From Macrostomum hystrix (Eukaryota; Animalia; Platyhelminthes), in contig CATNEN010000029.1 in NCBI GenBank assembly GCA_950097015.1, positions 5,766,001 through 5,830,000 of the forward strand: 64,000 bases of DNA, read 5' to 3'. The translations under genes were made by a program, and so were the position numbers. Every line of letters begins with the position of its first letter. Position 1 is the stretch's first letter. Positions 46,701 through 58,860 of this stretch are shown piece by piece. The notes below the pieces were generated by a model, which worked only from the letters and a program-made list of their open reading frames with translations, was not told the DNA's origin and searched no databases.

Positions 46701-49700
46701 CTATTTGAGAAGCGACGAGTCTCTGGCATTTTCTTAGAAAATCTGGAGCTCAATCACTTCCCGTTCGATGTGCAGGTAAACATTTCGTACTGTCCTCAAC
46801 ACTATTTGAATGGCACTCATCTCTCTCTGAGCATTACCAACTCAGAGAAAGTGCTCACTAATGGGGATGGCAGTTCTGTTCCAAGCTCGCAAAAGGATGC
46901 TAATGTTTGCTTCGCAAACAGTACAGTTACCCTGATATCGAGTGTTCCATGCCCAGACTTCCCTGATCTGTTCCTTCCCCGAGAAAGAAATTTTGCATTC
47001 TAGAGAGAATGAAAAATGTATCAATCGGCTTAGATACTGTCGGGAGCTCCCTCGCATCAGCACTCAAGCAGCAGCTTTCACATCACCATCGCATAGTGCA
47101 TGCCCCTCTATTTTTCTTGCTTTATAAAATACAGTAACTATCTTTCATAGATTCAAAGTCGATTTTGTTGTTTTGAAAGCGCATAGCATTGGCGAAGTCT
47201 AATAAAAAATAGGATCTCAATCAGTGTAACTGTACAATGAAAGCAATAATTTTAAACACCTTTCAGGACCTGACAATAACCGTAGCGTCGAATTTATCAT
47301 CGGCAGAAATTCGACTTGTTAATGACCCAGATGAGCCACACAGGATAAACAAACAGTCGTTTGTTGGTAAAAATGTAGCTTTTTGTCAGATAATGTGTGT
47401 CACATCAGCGGCTTTAGCAGCTTAACAAAGCTTATCATACTTATTCGAATTAGTAAAGCTAAATTAATGCATTATTAAAGCACTGCTAATGCTTTATAAA
47501 AGCAAATATCAAGTTCTTTGCATTATTTTTCTTTTGAGCCTGGCACATCTATCATAAACTTGAACGTAGACCACCGGGGTATTTCAAATGCACATTTTTC
47601 CTGTACCTCCTGTACACGGCCTAAAACGTTGCACTCTATTCGATTAAACAACTTCTAGAATCGCAAAATATCAGCATCTTTGAGATATTAAATTATTCTC
47701 GTCGGGGTGTCTGGCGTCAAAAACCGCCGATATAAGTAGTACTTTTTGACTGCCCACAATGTCTGGGCTATTATTGTTGAAATTGAAATTAGATTAGATT
47801 ATATAGCTAATTAAAGCATTTTTTAACCAATATGGATTCAGAGCAATCCAGAGCAGTGTTTCAGAGCAGGTTTATACAGAGAAATGTCTGTTGTCCTTGT
47901 CACCAGGGTCTTGGGGCAAGAATCGCTGAATATCTCGACAATGCTGACACCGGAAGGCTTTGAAAGTTATTTCATCGTAAAGGGCGGAAAATTTTGATCC
48001 ATATGATGGACTTTCACGAAAAATGGTCATTGGGTTCGGAGCTATCGTGAAGCAGCCAGTGGGTCTTTCCCTAGGGGAAAATAGTGCGCTCATTCTACTT
48101 CTAATAGCGGTAAAACCGAAAGTCAATCATTACTCAATTACTAAGAATGGAAAAGCGGCCCAAAAAACAAGTTTTGATATTTTTTAAGACAAAGTTTCTG
48201 ATGTGACTAATTCGTTTTCATTCTCAAACGTCGCACGAGCGGCACCTGCAAATGAATAGCAAACTTACCGTCGCTCCTCTGCACTATACGTGTACTCAGA
48301 CGAACAGGAGTGGTTCCTCTACAAGCACATCGACACGGAGCAGCGTGAGCTGGCCTGCGAGTACGCAGACCAGGGCTCGACCCGGCCGGCTCTGTCCGTT
48401 AAGTGTCGCGCCGCCAGAAGACCGGCCTACTTCATCTGGAACATCTTCCTGGTAACGGTAAGCCGACTTATGGCAGCTAGTCAAGAGCTAGGAAATCGGA
48501 CCCAAATTATTGGTTGAGGTGTATGCATGAAGAAGTTTGTCCATTTAAAAGCTTCTTAGGGTAATTTGCCACCACGATACAAAATATTACACACATGTGC
48601 CTGGCATCAGCTGGCATCATCCAACCACTTCACACCCGCAGTTCCTCATCTGCTCCCTGTCTCTCGTGACCTTCGCTGTGAAGCGCGATCTGCCACAGAA
48701 CCGGCTACAGCTTACCTTCACCCTGGTGCTCACGCTGGTTGCGTTCAAGTTTGTCGTTAACCAGTGCCTGCCTAAGATATCGTATCTCACATACCTGGTG
48801 AGGCATCTAATTTTGTATTACGAGCTAAAAGATAGATTATACGTCTAGTCAATCAGATTCAAAGCGGAACTTCCATAAGAATTTGCTAGCAAACTGCTAG
48901 TTAGCTTTAGGGGTGTGAAACATTACTAAAAGATCTTAGGATCGACATCGAATAGCATCTGTCACAATGGTAATGCCAGAATGGCATGCTAAAAATGGTA
49001 AGCAAGAATTTGACCTATCAAAATCAAATAAAAACTTCAGGACAAGTACGTGATCAGCAGTTTGTTCATTCTGACTCTAATCTGTCTGTGGCACGGCCTG
49101 ATCGTAGTCATTGACAAAATTATCCTGGAGCAATTCGGCATCGTCTGGGACAGTCTAGAGACCTACGTTATCATTGGAATGGCATTCAGCTACGTTGCTT
49201 ACAACGTTGGCTTTGTCATTATGATCTTCTGTGTGGTAAGTTAGACCACATCAAATGGTAGAATGAGTTCTCTGATACATATATAAACCCGTAAAACAAT
49301 CCGACATCGGACGAGGTCGACAGATTTTCAGACTCCAGCGACGTCGATGGCAAACGGGAACTTTAGTTGCACTGACTTTCAGGCGACGTTCGCGTTTGAA
49401 ACTGGTTATCCATCTATTAACCTTTTAACATTTTTAAGGTTTGTACTTGTACGTTTATGAGCATTTTTAGTTACGTCAGATTTCATTGGCGTAATTTAAA
49501 AGTTCCAATTTGCCATCGACCTGGTCGTCGGTGACGTCAGGAAAGTTTTACCCAAAAAACTTTGAACTCCTGTCCAATAGGTTCCGAGTTCGAATCTAAA
49601 CCCTGAGTAGACAATATGTGTCCTTGAGCAAGACACTTAACTCAATTGTGCTTCAGCACACCAAACAATAGAATAGGTAGCAAAATAATGCTAAAAATTA

Positions 49701-50371
49701 ATTGGATGTGGCAGCCCCCAGCCTATGGAATGGAACACCTGCATGCAGCTGTCGGATCCTTGCAAAACATAGCCGCGGCTGTGCCTCTGGCTGTACTTGT
49801 TTAATTTCTAACTTCTGTTTTACACTATTACTCGTAAAATAATTTAACTATCGTGACGAAAAAATGTAACGTGTTTAGTTAATTTTGTGCTCGGGGTACA
49901 TTTTTGGCAGCTCAAATTACTTTCTGTGCCTCCCACTGTGGCTACTTTAAGTAGAATGCTTACGATTCAGATTCTGAGTCTTGCAGAATATCACAGAACT
50001 ATTTATCATATTTGATTTTTTCTCCCATTAATTCATTCTCCTTCAATGAAATTTGACTATAGGCCTGCAAGAGGCGTCGAGTGATGAAACAAAAGGATAA
50101 GGAGTACACGGTGAGTCCACAATGGTCTATGTTTTTTCCGCAGATCAGCTCACGCGGTAGATTAGTTCCTATGGAGCGCCTACTCGTATGCCAAAGCCTT
50201 CCAGGTATCATGGTTAAATTTCCCCCATCAACTTCCACGTTTCGCATGCAGGAGCGGGTAAAGATGCAGATGCGGTCGAAGGGCATGCGGACAAAGCTAA
50301 TGCTGCAACAGACCCACCTGCTACACGAAGTCAAGGAGAACGGACAGTCCACTGCAGTAGCTTTCATCTGA
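40765..50371 (+). CDS. Cys-less (Pro-loop) pentameric ligand-gated ion channel subunit; true start not located
   Basis: Exons ~40765-41302 (tentative), 44539-44673, 46587-46775, 47267-47366, 48300-48457, 48642-48797, 49041-49235, 50063-50110 and 50144-50371, all phase-consistent. Motifs: [22 protein letters not shown]...[27 protein letters not shown] (no loop cysteines), [14 protein letters not shown]. Four hydrophobic helices follow, with the [14 protein letters not shown]2-M3 linker. Confidence 0.88.
41545..44468 (-). mobile_element. Degenerate 5'-truncated non-LTR retrotransposon (RT, RNase H remnant, C-terminal Cys/His knuckle; R1/LOA/I-like), interrupted by a MITE
   Basis: Frameshifted pieces: [12 protein letters not shown]; RT motifs [56 protein letters not shown]; RNase H end VSLRWIP...[10 protein letters not shown]; knuckle CLFC...[11 protein letters not shown]. 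It lies in the first intron of the channel gene. Confidence 0.9.
43556..44405. mobile_element. hAT-type MITE (850 bp) with ~115-bp TIRs starting CAGGG, nested in the LINE
   Basis: 43556-43670 is the reverse complement of 44291-44405. 8-bp TSD GGCCATCC at 43548-43555 and 44406-44413. The LINE reading frame resumes across the insertion. Internal 41-bp tandem repeat (~3.5 copies, ~44020-44165). Confidence 0.92.
45041..45270 (+). mobile_element. tRNA-derived SINE, family A
   Basis: GAGGTTGTAGCCTTGTGGTTAGAGC...GGTTCGATTCCTGACTCCACTGGAA...GTGTCCTTTAGCAAGACACTTAAC...GGATAATTGAAGGTGGGTGTGGC matches 5310-5631. (TTA)n tail. Confidence 0.82.
45350..45418 (-). mobile_element. SINE family B tRNA-like head fragment
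   Basis: Reverse complement GGGGTCAGTAGCAGAGTGGTCTAACGCGTCTGCCTCTCGCACCAAGGTCCCTGAGCTCGATTCCGC. Confidence 0.7.
49565..49805 (+). mobile_element. Diverged SINE family A-related copy
   Basis: GAGTTCGAATC B-box, GTGTCCTTGAGCAAGACACTTAAC core and ATAGCCGCGGCTGTGC 3' segment. Shorter 3' fragments lie on the minus strand at ~37853-37930 and ~51590-51680. Confidence 0.6.
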
Positions 50372-51400
50372 GCAGGAGGATTTCACGCTGATAATTGTCA
50401 TTGATTGAATAACATAAGCATGGACAGTCACCGTAAATGTACCGTACATATAACCATGTGCCGGTCAATTTGACCAGAAACACATCTAAGTTACAAAAAT
50501 TTACTTTTAACTTTTAAATTTTAGTGCTTTAAATGAAGACTCCACAAATTATATTCTAGCGCGAAGGATTCAAGCTTACAAACCTATGACTCCAATAAAC
50601 TCCAGTTTAAAAAATGTAAAAGAGTCGAGAGACAACTCTCATGATCGAAAGACTCAACGAGTAATCTCTAAGCAGGTAACTTGTCATTCTTCTATCGTTC
50701 GTTTTGATTTTGGGACCTTTATCACAAGTGTATGAGCCGATTTCCCAAGTAAAATTAACCTAGAAAAATACTTAAGAGAGAGAATACTTTAAATCTCCTT
50801 CAGCAGTCCATCTGCATGCACAGTCAATTTATACTTTTTCCTAATGCTTAACAGAGTCACTTTACATTGCGAATTCATGTGCGCGACAAATTTACTCGTA
50901 TATTATTGCAGATGGCACTCGTGCTGACTACTGAAAAGCAGCTGTGTTGTGTTGCTCTTGCTCTAATAGCTATCTGATGCATAGGAGCAACATCAAACCA
51001 TGAAGGCTTTGCGAATAATATGCGGCACTGTGCACCATTGAAATTTTGTTGAAACTGCAATATTGCATGCATAATCCACAATGTTTCACGTCTCTAAGTT
51101 TTGCTAATCGCTACGATGATAGCGCGCAGCAACGGATGCTAGTGCTTTTTTTAACGAAAGCGGTAAATTTTTTATTTGCAAATATTTTCTATTTTCATTC
51201 GTTCCTGCGCTTTATCGCACTTTCGTATTTGAACGCCATATTAATGTGAACACAAAGTGCTCTCATCTAAATAAATGAACAGTGGCAAAACAGGATCTAT
51301 TTTTTAGCAATGCCGCTACTTCGGTGTATTTCCAGTCACGGCAGTTTCAACGTTAGCTGCGTGACAGCAGCCTTTGGCATCGAATTTTTTCCGTACAAGT

Positions 51401-54400
51401 CTACTGCGAGCCCGAGTTGCCCTTGGTAGCCAGGTAAGGCCGCTGCTCGGTTGGGCACTTCACCTTGTCGTTCAGGACCCAGTTGGTCCTTTTCTGGCCA
51501 ACAGGTTCCAGCTGAAAAAGAGAAGCAATGTGAAAATAGGGGACCATTGACAGAGGAAATAAAAATAATAAAGTAGATTAAACAGGCCCCTATATGGCCT
51601 ATGCCCCTACAGCACAGCTGCAGCGATAGCGCGGTGCATCTAAAAGCTGCATGCGGCTGTTCAGTCCACGGACTGGGGGAGTCGTGATTCGAATCTTAAA
51701 GTCGGTGGGTAGAATATGCATATACATGTAGCTCGACTGTGGTACATTAAATGGTAATTTTAGCAGCTCATTAACTCATTAATGACATACATGGACTTCA
51801 GACCTACTATTTAATTATATAACTAAAATAAACGAGTAAAATTGAGTTGAATAATCTTTCTTAGCTATAATGAAGCTTTGGAGATTCTGAGATGCAGTCA
51901 TAGAATAATTACGAGGTATTTGTCAAGACTAAATAGTAAAATTTCTCCGTTATTCTTGCCGTTGTAACTCGCATACGTCACTGCTTTATCCAGAAATACT
52001 GTACCTTGGATATGGGCTCATCAGAAAATGCTCGTAGTCAAATATTCAAATAGGTGACAGACCCGGTAAAATTATAAACGAAATCGAAACAAGAAACAAG
52101 AAACCGAAGTGACTCGCCATTGAGTTCCAAAGAGCGAGTCCGCCCAAGGCGTGTCCCTTGTCGCTCAGATGAAAGCAGTCGGGAGCAAAGTAAGCCAAAT
52201 CCGGTTCACCCTGGTGATTAGTGAAGACAGTTTCGGTTGTAGTCAATCCAGTTTTGTTCTTGCTTAAATTTGACAATTAAAATTGACAACGAAAACTTGT
52301 TGAATTGACACTCATACTACTTAAATCGATCTTATCGAGCATTCGCTTTATGTGAAATGCATTACACTCAGACAACAAATTTGATTTAACAAGACATATT
52401 AAACCTAACTACCAGCGTAGTCATAACTTACGTTAGGCAGCTGAGGCGGGGAAATCTCTCGAAGGAAAGGCTGCAGCACAACGGTGAAATCTGCCTTGCT
52501 GGTCCATTTGGGATCCTCAGCGATTCGCCTGACCCGCTTCTGCAGCTCAACTGAGTACTCGTGAACCTCTTGCTTGGACATGGTCGAGCCGCACTTGCAC
52601 CAGAAAGTCCTTGGAAACATTGGAAATTCGACTAAGAAAAGAATAATATTTTTATATTAATGAAAAAAACTATCACAGCCACCTTTTCTGTGTTTCAAAT
52701 CGAGAAACTACCCGGCACGAGCATATTATACCGTTTTGTGTGCATGTTTCGTTCCATCACTTAACTCACACAGAAATCTTTACAAATACAATGAAAACTC
52801 ACTGAAGCAGTGCCTTGCAAATTAGGCTCTGATCTTTGAGATTATTCACGGCCGACACGTCCATCATCTCGATGAGGTTGACAAATGCTCGTGGTACATT
52901 GTCGTACAGGTAGTTTAGAGCAGTTCGAATATGTTTTTCGTAGTTGTCGACTGAGAATCGGCTCGGGTCCTTGCAGTGGTCGCAGACATCATTTCCACCA
53001 ATGAAAAGGTTGATCAGCTTCCAGTTGGTGGCGAATGACACCCTATTGTCTTTCTTCATCTTTTCCACCAGCTGTCTGGCTTGACGAGGCATGTCTCTGA
53101 AGAAGGTCAATTGTTTCTGTAAGTATTGTCAATCTTTATATCGCTAAGAAAGCTATGATTTTTCATTTATGTCGTTCAGCTTAAGTTCACAAAGATTACG
53201 AAAAATTTAAAAGGTATTTCCACATTTTTAGCTTCTTTTATAACGGAATGAATTTTTAGTGATTAATAGGTGCTCACACTTGACGTTTAATTGCCTAATT
53301 CTTCTTTATAAGACTAAATTTTTGCAACTTATTTTCAAGTACATGCGCCCCAGGGTAGCTTACAAAAAGTTGGCAAAAAGAAAACACTGCGCCTATCGGG
53401 CCAAAATAAATGTCTGAGTGAAATTTAGTCTACTGGCTTATTTTTATGGTGCGTAATAATATAGCATTGTGCATTGCTTTTTCTCTGTTCCTTGTTTAAT
53501 CCATGATATAGGGAAAATGTCGCTCTTTGTTATCAAATTGTCAACAAATTTTGTCAAATGACTCCGAATTTCGGCAAAAATAGTTATTCAGGCATAAATA
53601 TGACCACTCATATAGAATGTGGGCAAAAATGAACTTACTCAGCCCTGTTGCCCACCACGGCCTCGTTGAAGCCAGAGTAAACGCCGTCCGGACCGCTAAT
53701 GCCAGTCGAGAAGCCGATTAGCTTTGGGTTGAACTTCTTCATGATGGCTGAAGCGTACGTGTTGGAATAAAAATTACTTTATGAAAGTACTTGACGTGCC
53801 TATTTTACTGCGTCATGTATTAAGTCCTTCAATAAAAACAGTTATACGCTCGTATAATTCCAGTGGATTCCGCGATCAACTCAACTGGGCATAGTAGTGT
53901 GTTTCGACAAGTCCTCCTTGCCACCCATTGTGAAACTGTGACCACGGTACTGGGTGAAGATTGTCAGTAGGGTCTTTGAGTAGATTCCCATACCGGCGGT
54001 GAGCGAGTCGCCGATAGCTCCCATCACATCTATGTCTGCTGGCCGCACCTTGTCAACGCTGGTTGGCGCAGTGTGGCTGCGCTCCACGTTGCAGTTAAAA
54101 GTAGAACCGGTCTAAAATGTCAAATGGGAAATTGGGGCACTCGCCAACTTTTGCTAACCGCTCTTGCAGGTGTAAATTAATTACTGCACTTTTACTACTC
54201 GTACTACACTAGTGATGAATATGGTGGTAAAAGGTCCACAATTTCAGCAACTTACAGTTGGAACGGTGGATGCGGCGTGCCTTTCACGAGCCGCACTAAA
54301 CTTGCGCTCATGTTCAATCCTGTGGTGCCGCAGTTTGTCAGACGCATGCAGAGCAGTCACGGCGCTCTGCAGTACGCGCAGGTAAGTTTCTCCTGTAAAT

Positions 54401-57050
54401 TCATATTGCGGAGTAAAAATTCGAACTGATGTACTGTGTGCAGAGTACAGAGTGCTAATATCACTAACCAGCTGGGATGATTTCGTTATCGAATGGGGTT
54501 GCTTGCCGCAGAGTATTGACGATTTCATCAAAATCTTCATCGGATTGATTCGGTGCGTCTGAAAAAACACAGTGAAATGGGTGGGTCTTTTGCAATCCGA
54601 TGATCTGTCCTCGTGAAGGGAAGGAGTGTGGGGATGGCGATAGAGTCAGAAGTCGTACCGCAAAGTCTCGCGAGTTGCCGCGGAAAGAGGGATGAAGGGA
54701 GAGATGAAGGGAGAGACAGTGGATGCAGGGAGTGGTCCTCTCGGCCTCAGGCTGGCCAGTCCCACTCAACCCATAGGCCACAGGCATGACTGCCGTGCCT
54801 ACCCCAAGCAGTGCTCGAAACCGGCTAATAGTCTAAATAGATGTCGGGCTACCCGCAAGCGGATAGGACAGGGCTAGGTAGCCTACTGTCATCAGTAGCA
54901 TGTTCGTAACTGACCCCTAACCTTGGTAGCAGTGGTCGACTCGGCCTAGGCTCTTGTCTTAGAAATGCGGAAAGGCTATCGGCAAAGCGGAAAAATGATC
55001 TAGGGTAGCGCCACCACCCAATGCGCCTACGTTGCCACCGCAGACATTTGGGAACTTGGGTCCCCGGAGCTCGCAGCTCCTAGTTTGTCACACAGATCTT
55101 AGACAAGCCGAAAAAAAAGAGCCTTCTGTAACTTCCGTTTTAGACTAGGGTGAAGACCCCGGAATGGATCGAGACACGCCTCACCAGGGGATTCCTGAAT
55201 TTGCGCTACAGTGGTCTAGAAAGGTGGTACTCAGAACCCGAAAGAGAAATCCATAGCCAGAATCATACTCATGGGACATCAGACACATTCTGTACATTAG
55301 GCTGCAGCCTACACATTAGATAACTAGCGATCCGAGTCTGTGCGAGTTGAGGAAATCAGAGGCAGGAGAGATTAAGCTGAACACTGGCTGAGTGATTATG
55401 CAAGCGTAAGGTTACATGATCATCGCCCTCGCTTCCGTGGCGGCGGATGCGAGAGGCGGGGAACAGAAGGAAGACTCAATCGGCAGGGGAGTTTGACACG
55501 CACTCCTCGATCCGCCAGGAAGAGAGGAATAACCCGCCAAGGAATTCCCACCCCTGGGCAGAAAGAAAACACGTGCTACACTCCGCATTTTACCTGCAAA
55601 TCCCTAGCTCCATATTGCTCTCATACGCGCTTACAATTGCCTTCCTGCCGCAGCTTTCAGCTCGGCTGTGCCAGAGCCCATTCCCCTAATAGATTAGCCA
55701 CTCATGGTAGAGGGCTGTCTAAGGTTAAAATAAGGAGAAAGTAACAGCATGGCGGAAAGATTTAAATTGTTATTAAATTGGCCAAATGTTTAAATAATTG
55801 GCGAGTGCTGATAATTTATTAGGCTGAACAGATCCCTTGCCCGAGCCCGTACTTCCCGCCTAGACTAAAAGTGCAGCCCCGTAGAAATAACAATCACAAA
55901 CCGCTGCGCGGGTTACTTATCTGGAGTCGCTTCGGCCGCGTGCTGCAATCCCGTTGGTCTCGGGGAAGGGGGTGGGGTAAGACAGCAGAGACAGGGGAGG
56001 GAAGTGCTGTGAGTTGGCAGGGGCCAACACGCTTGGAGCTCAAGGCTCAATTCAACGGCTCACCTAAAGAGGTGGCTCACGCTCAGGGGGAATGGGGACA
56101 GGCAATGGGCCTGCGCTAACTGTGGAGCTATGAGCCCTAGGGTCTATGCCCTAAGTGGATCTGGGGGACGAGTCCTGGGTCCGGTGGGATTCCGGCCCGG
56201 CAAGGGTAAACCGGCAGGGAGAAAGGGGAAGAGCCGGTGGGAGAAAAGAGGTCCTAGAGGGAGCAGCGCAGCGCGCTTGCTTAAATAGGTCTTGCAGCAC
56301 GCCAACCCCGACATCCATCAAAGCAACCCACATTCGCGCCCGCCTGTCAACGGGGAATCGAAGCGACGACAGGCCGCCCCAATTGCCCAATGAACCGGCG
56401 GCGGGAAACGACAGGTGCTCATCGAGAGCAGCCATCGGCAGACGGCCAACAATTGTTACTCCGCCGGGGCAATGGAAGCGCAGGCGCCGACCTGCCTACA
56501 GTGACATTTACGAGTATCTACAAGGGGGAGATCATAAAGTCGAGCTGGGCTCGAATACTGTAAAGAAGAGGGGACATGAAGAATTTAATGGTCACTCATA
56601 ACGCGCGAGTGAGCCCCTATATCTGATCGCGGTTTGGAGGGGAATTATGACCTAAACTAGTTCATACAGTAACATTATGGCCGCGATCAGTCATTCCTAC
56701 GGGGAGTCTAGACAACTCCGGAGAGAGAGGATTCGACAGCTACTTGATTCACCGCCGCCTCAAACCCGGCCCTAAGATTAATGATCTTGTTTGTGACCAG
56801 CTGCTATGTGGGTCGCAATTATTAACTACTAAATAAAAATTGAAAAATTATGCTGGCTCACATTCCCACTCGATTCCCGCAGCACACTCCACATCAACAG
56901 AGATTGTAACATTGACTCAGTCAAAGCTATATTTGCAGTATTTAAAATTTAAATGCAGACATGAGTAAACTTACCACCAGCAAGAGCATGCTCTGGAAGC
57001 CAAATTGCAGACATTAGCGCTACAACAGCGACTAAAAGTTGGAGCTTCAT
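51401..57050 (-). CDS. PLB1: Secreted phospholipase B1-like GDSL/SGNH lipase, single catalytic domain, 9 exons, 437 aa
   Basis: Exons 57050-56975, 54558-54469, 54392-54256, 54111-53886, 53747-53639, 53096-52803, 52609-52432, 52210-52118 and 51511-51401. Signal-peptide-like MKLQLLVAVVALMSAIWLPEHALAG. Motifs: PTSVDKVRPADIDVMGAIGDSLTAG, WKLINLFIGGND, DFTVVLQPF, FAPDCFHLSDKGH, LWNSMLEPVGQK, KCPT..RPYL. One GC-AG intron. Confidence 0.92.
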
Positions 57051-58397
57051 CGTAGCGGCAGAAGTTGTAGAAAGCCACAGAAAATGTCGGTCGTTAAGAA
57101 AATTAAGCCTATTGTGTTGCCCTTGTCCCTGGAAAGATTACTTTAAAGCAATATCTCTTCTGTCTATTAGTAACCTTTATACCATTAGAAATCACACCTA
57201 TACATTATCGCCACTACGGCGTGTGCGCCTCTATTTGCCGAGTTGTGGTGTTTTGGCACCACCTTAATCGTGAGAAGCGTGCATGCAGACTCAAATTCGT
57301 GACACTTGTGTGTGACAAAGAAGAATATTTTGCGACTGGCACGATATTGATAGTGACAATGAGCTATATTGCAACAGGGTTTTTTCTCAGCTCTCAGCTT
57401 TGCTTCCCAGGCTGCAGAGCTCAGATAAGTATAATATTGGCAAGCCTACATATGCGACTGTACTATATGGCCAAACCTTGGAAGTAAACAGTAAATTTGC
57501 TATCCCAATGAAACTCTCTCAATCAATGCGAAATGACAGAAAGTGGCACCATGTCCATATCAAGCGTATGTACTGGATCCGAATTACGCAGCCCGCTGGC
57601 CGCAATTGTCTGAGTCGAATTTGAGCTCACACAGGACGTTCTGGGGTCTTACATGTAATTCCAGGTCCGGGCTGGACCCCACCCAATCGGGCCCTTAAAA
57701 ATGAAAAGCAGGCCTTGTCGTCTGAATTAAGCGGCTCGGAGCGATAGCTCTCGGCTCGGATCACATCGCTCTTATTCGTTACACTTTTAGCCTCCAGTGG
57801 TGTAGGATGGTGAACTATAGCGTTGCAGCTTGGTCCTCTCGTCCAGGAAATCCGACCCTTATCATTAGCCTGTAGGCCCCCAGCTTGAAGCAGCTCATGT
57901 CACGTCTCGAGGTAGGTGAACCGCTGCTGGCTGCGTATAGGCTGAGCGTAGTCTGTTGCAGCATGTCAGCTCCGCTGTGGCGGCTTTGAATAAAGAAACG
58001 GATCAACCTGTTTGGCTCAGTGCAGTATAGCAAAAAGGCTAAAGCAAAAGCAACAGCAACGCTTGATATAAGAACCTAAAAGTCAGTAAGCAAGAAAGGT
58101 AATCAAGCAAGCTAAAAATAGGTCACTTTAGGGCAACTAATAGATTAGAAAAAAGTATACACGCATTTCCTACACCACAGAAATGTGTCATGCAATTCAC
58201 ACACCGAATGCGTTCCGGAAAATGAGATGGTTTAGTTGATGCTGCGTATATCATGCCATTCTCATATTGACCAGTTGGCCCTATGCTGCCAGTGTTCACT
58301 GCTGAACCCTTCGCCTCAGGAATGCTCAAGGGCCGCGGGATAAAGGTCTTGAGAATTGGCAGGTCAAGGCAGAGCTCACACGGTTAAGTTATATAAT

Positions 58398-58860
58398 TGG
58401 AGGGCTCCTGCACACAGAGGAGGGCTCGCTGTGACAGCGGTGGTCGAGACCGTCCTGCTGTACAACGCCGCGAGTCGTGGACGCTGACGGCTACGCTGGA
58501 GTGGCAGCTGAACTCGGCGCACTCGGGACTGCTCCGTGCAGCCTTTCAAGCTGACCAGAGCGTCGGGACCGAGGCTCTGTACGAGAGAGCCCAGCTGTAA
58601 CGCCCGTCCACCATCCTGCGCCAGCGGCGACTTCGACTAGCGGGCCACGTTATTCGGGCCGAGAGCTACTGCCGCCAGCTCGCCCAAGACGTCCTGCTAC
58701 TCACCCTGCAGGGCCCGTTCAGGCGCGGCCAGGCTCGGACCCGCCGCTACGTCGACTGCTTGCTGAGCGACGCCAGGGCGCCCGACACTGCCACCGGCGC
58801 GGACCATGTTCGCGCGCTGGCTCTGCGGCGCGCCATCTGACTTATGCATCCCTGACTTTT
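58398..58860 (+). mobile_element. 5'-truncated RTE-like LINE 3' fragment
   Basis: Frameshifted C-terminal motifs VETVLLY, SWTLTATLE, RQRRLRLAGHVIR, RRGQARTRRYVDCLLSDARAP, ALRRAI. Homologous to the 3' end of 25966-27212. Confidence 0.8.

Noticed and set aside
54860-54910. Hammerhead ribozyme core (CTGATGA on the minus strand)
   Set aside because: No stem II followed by GAAA at the required spacing.
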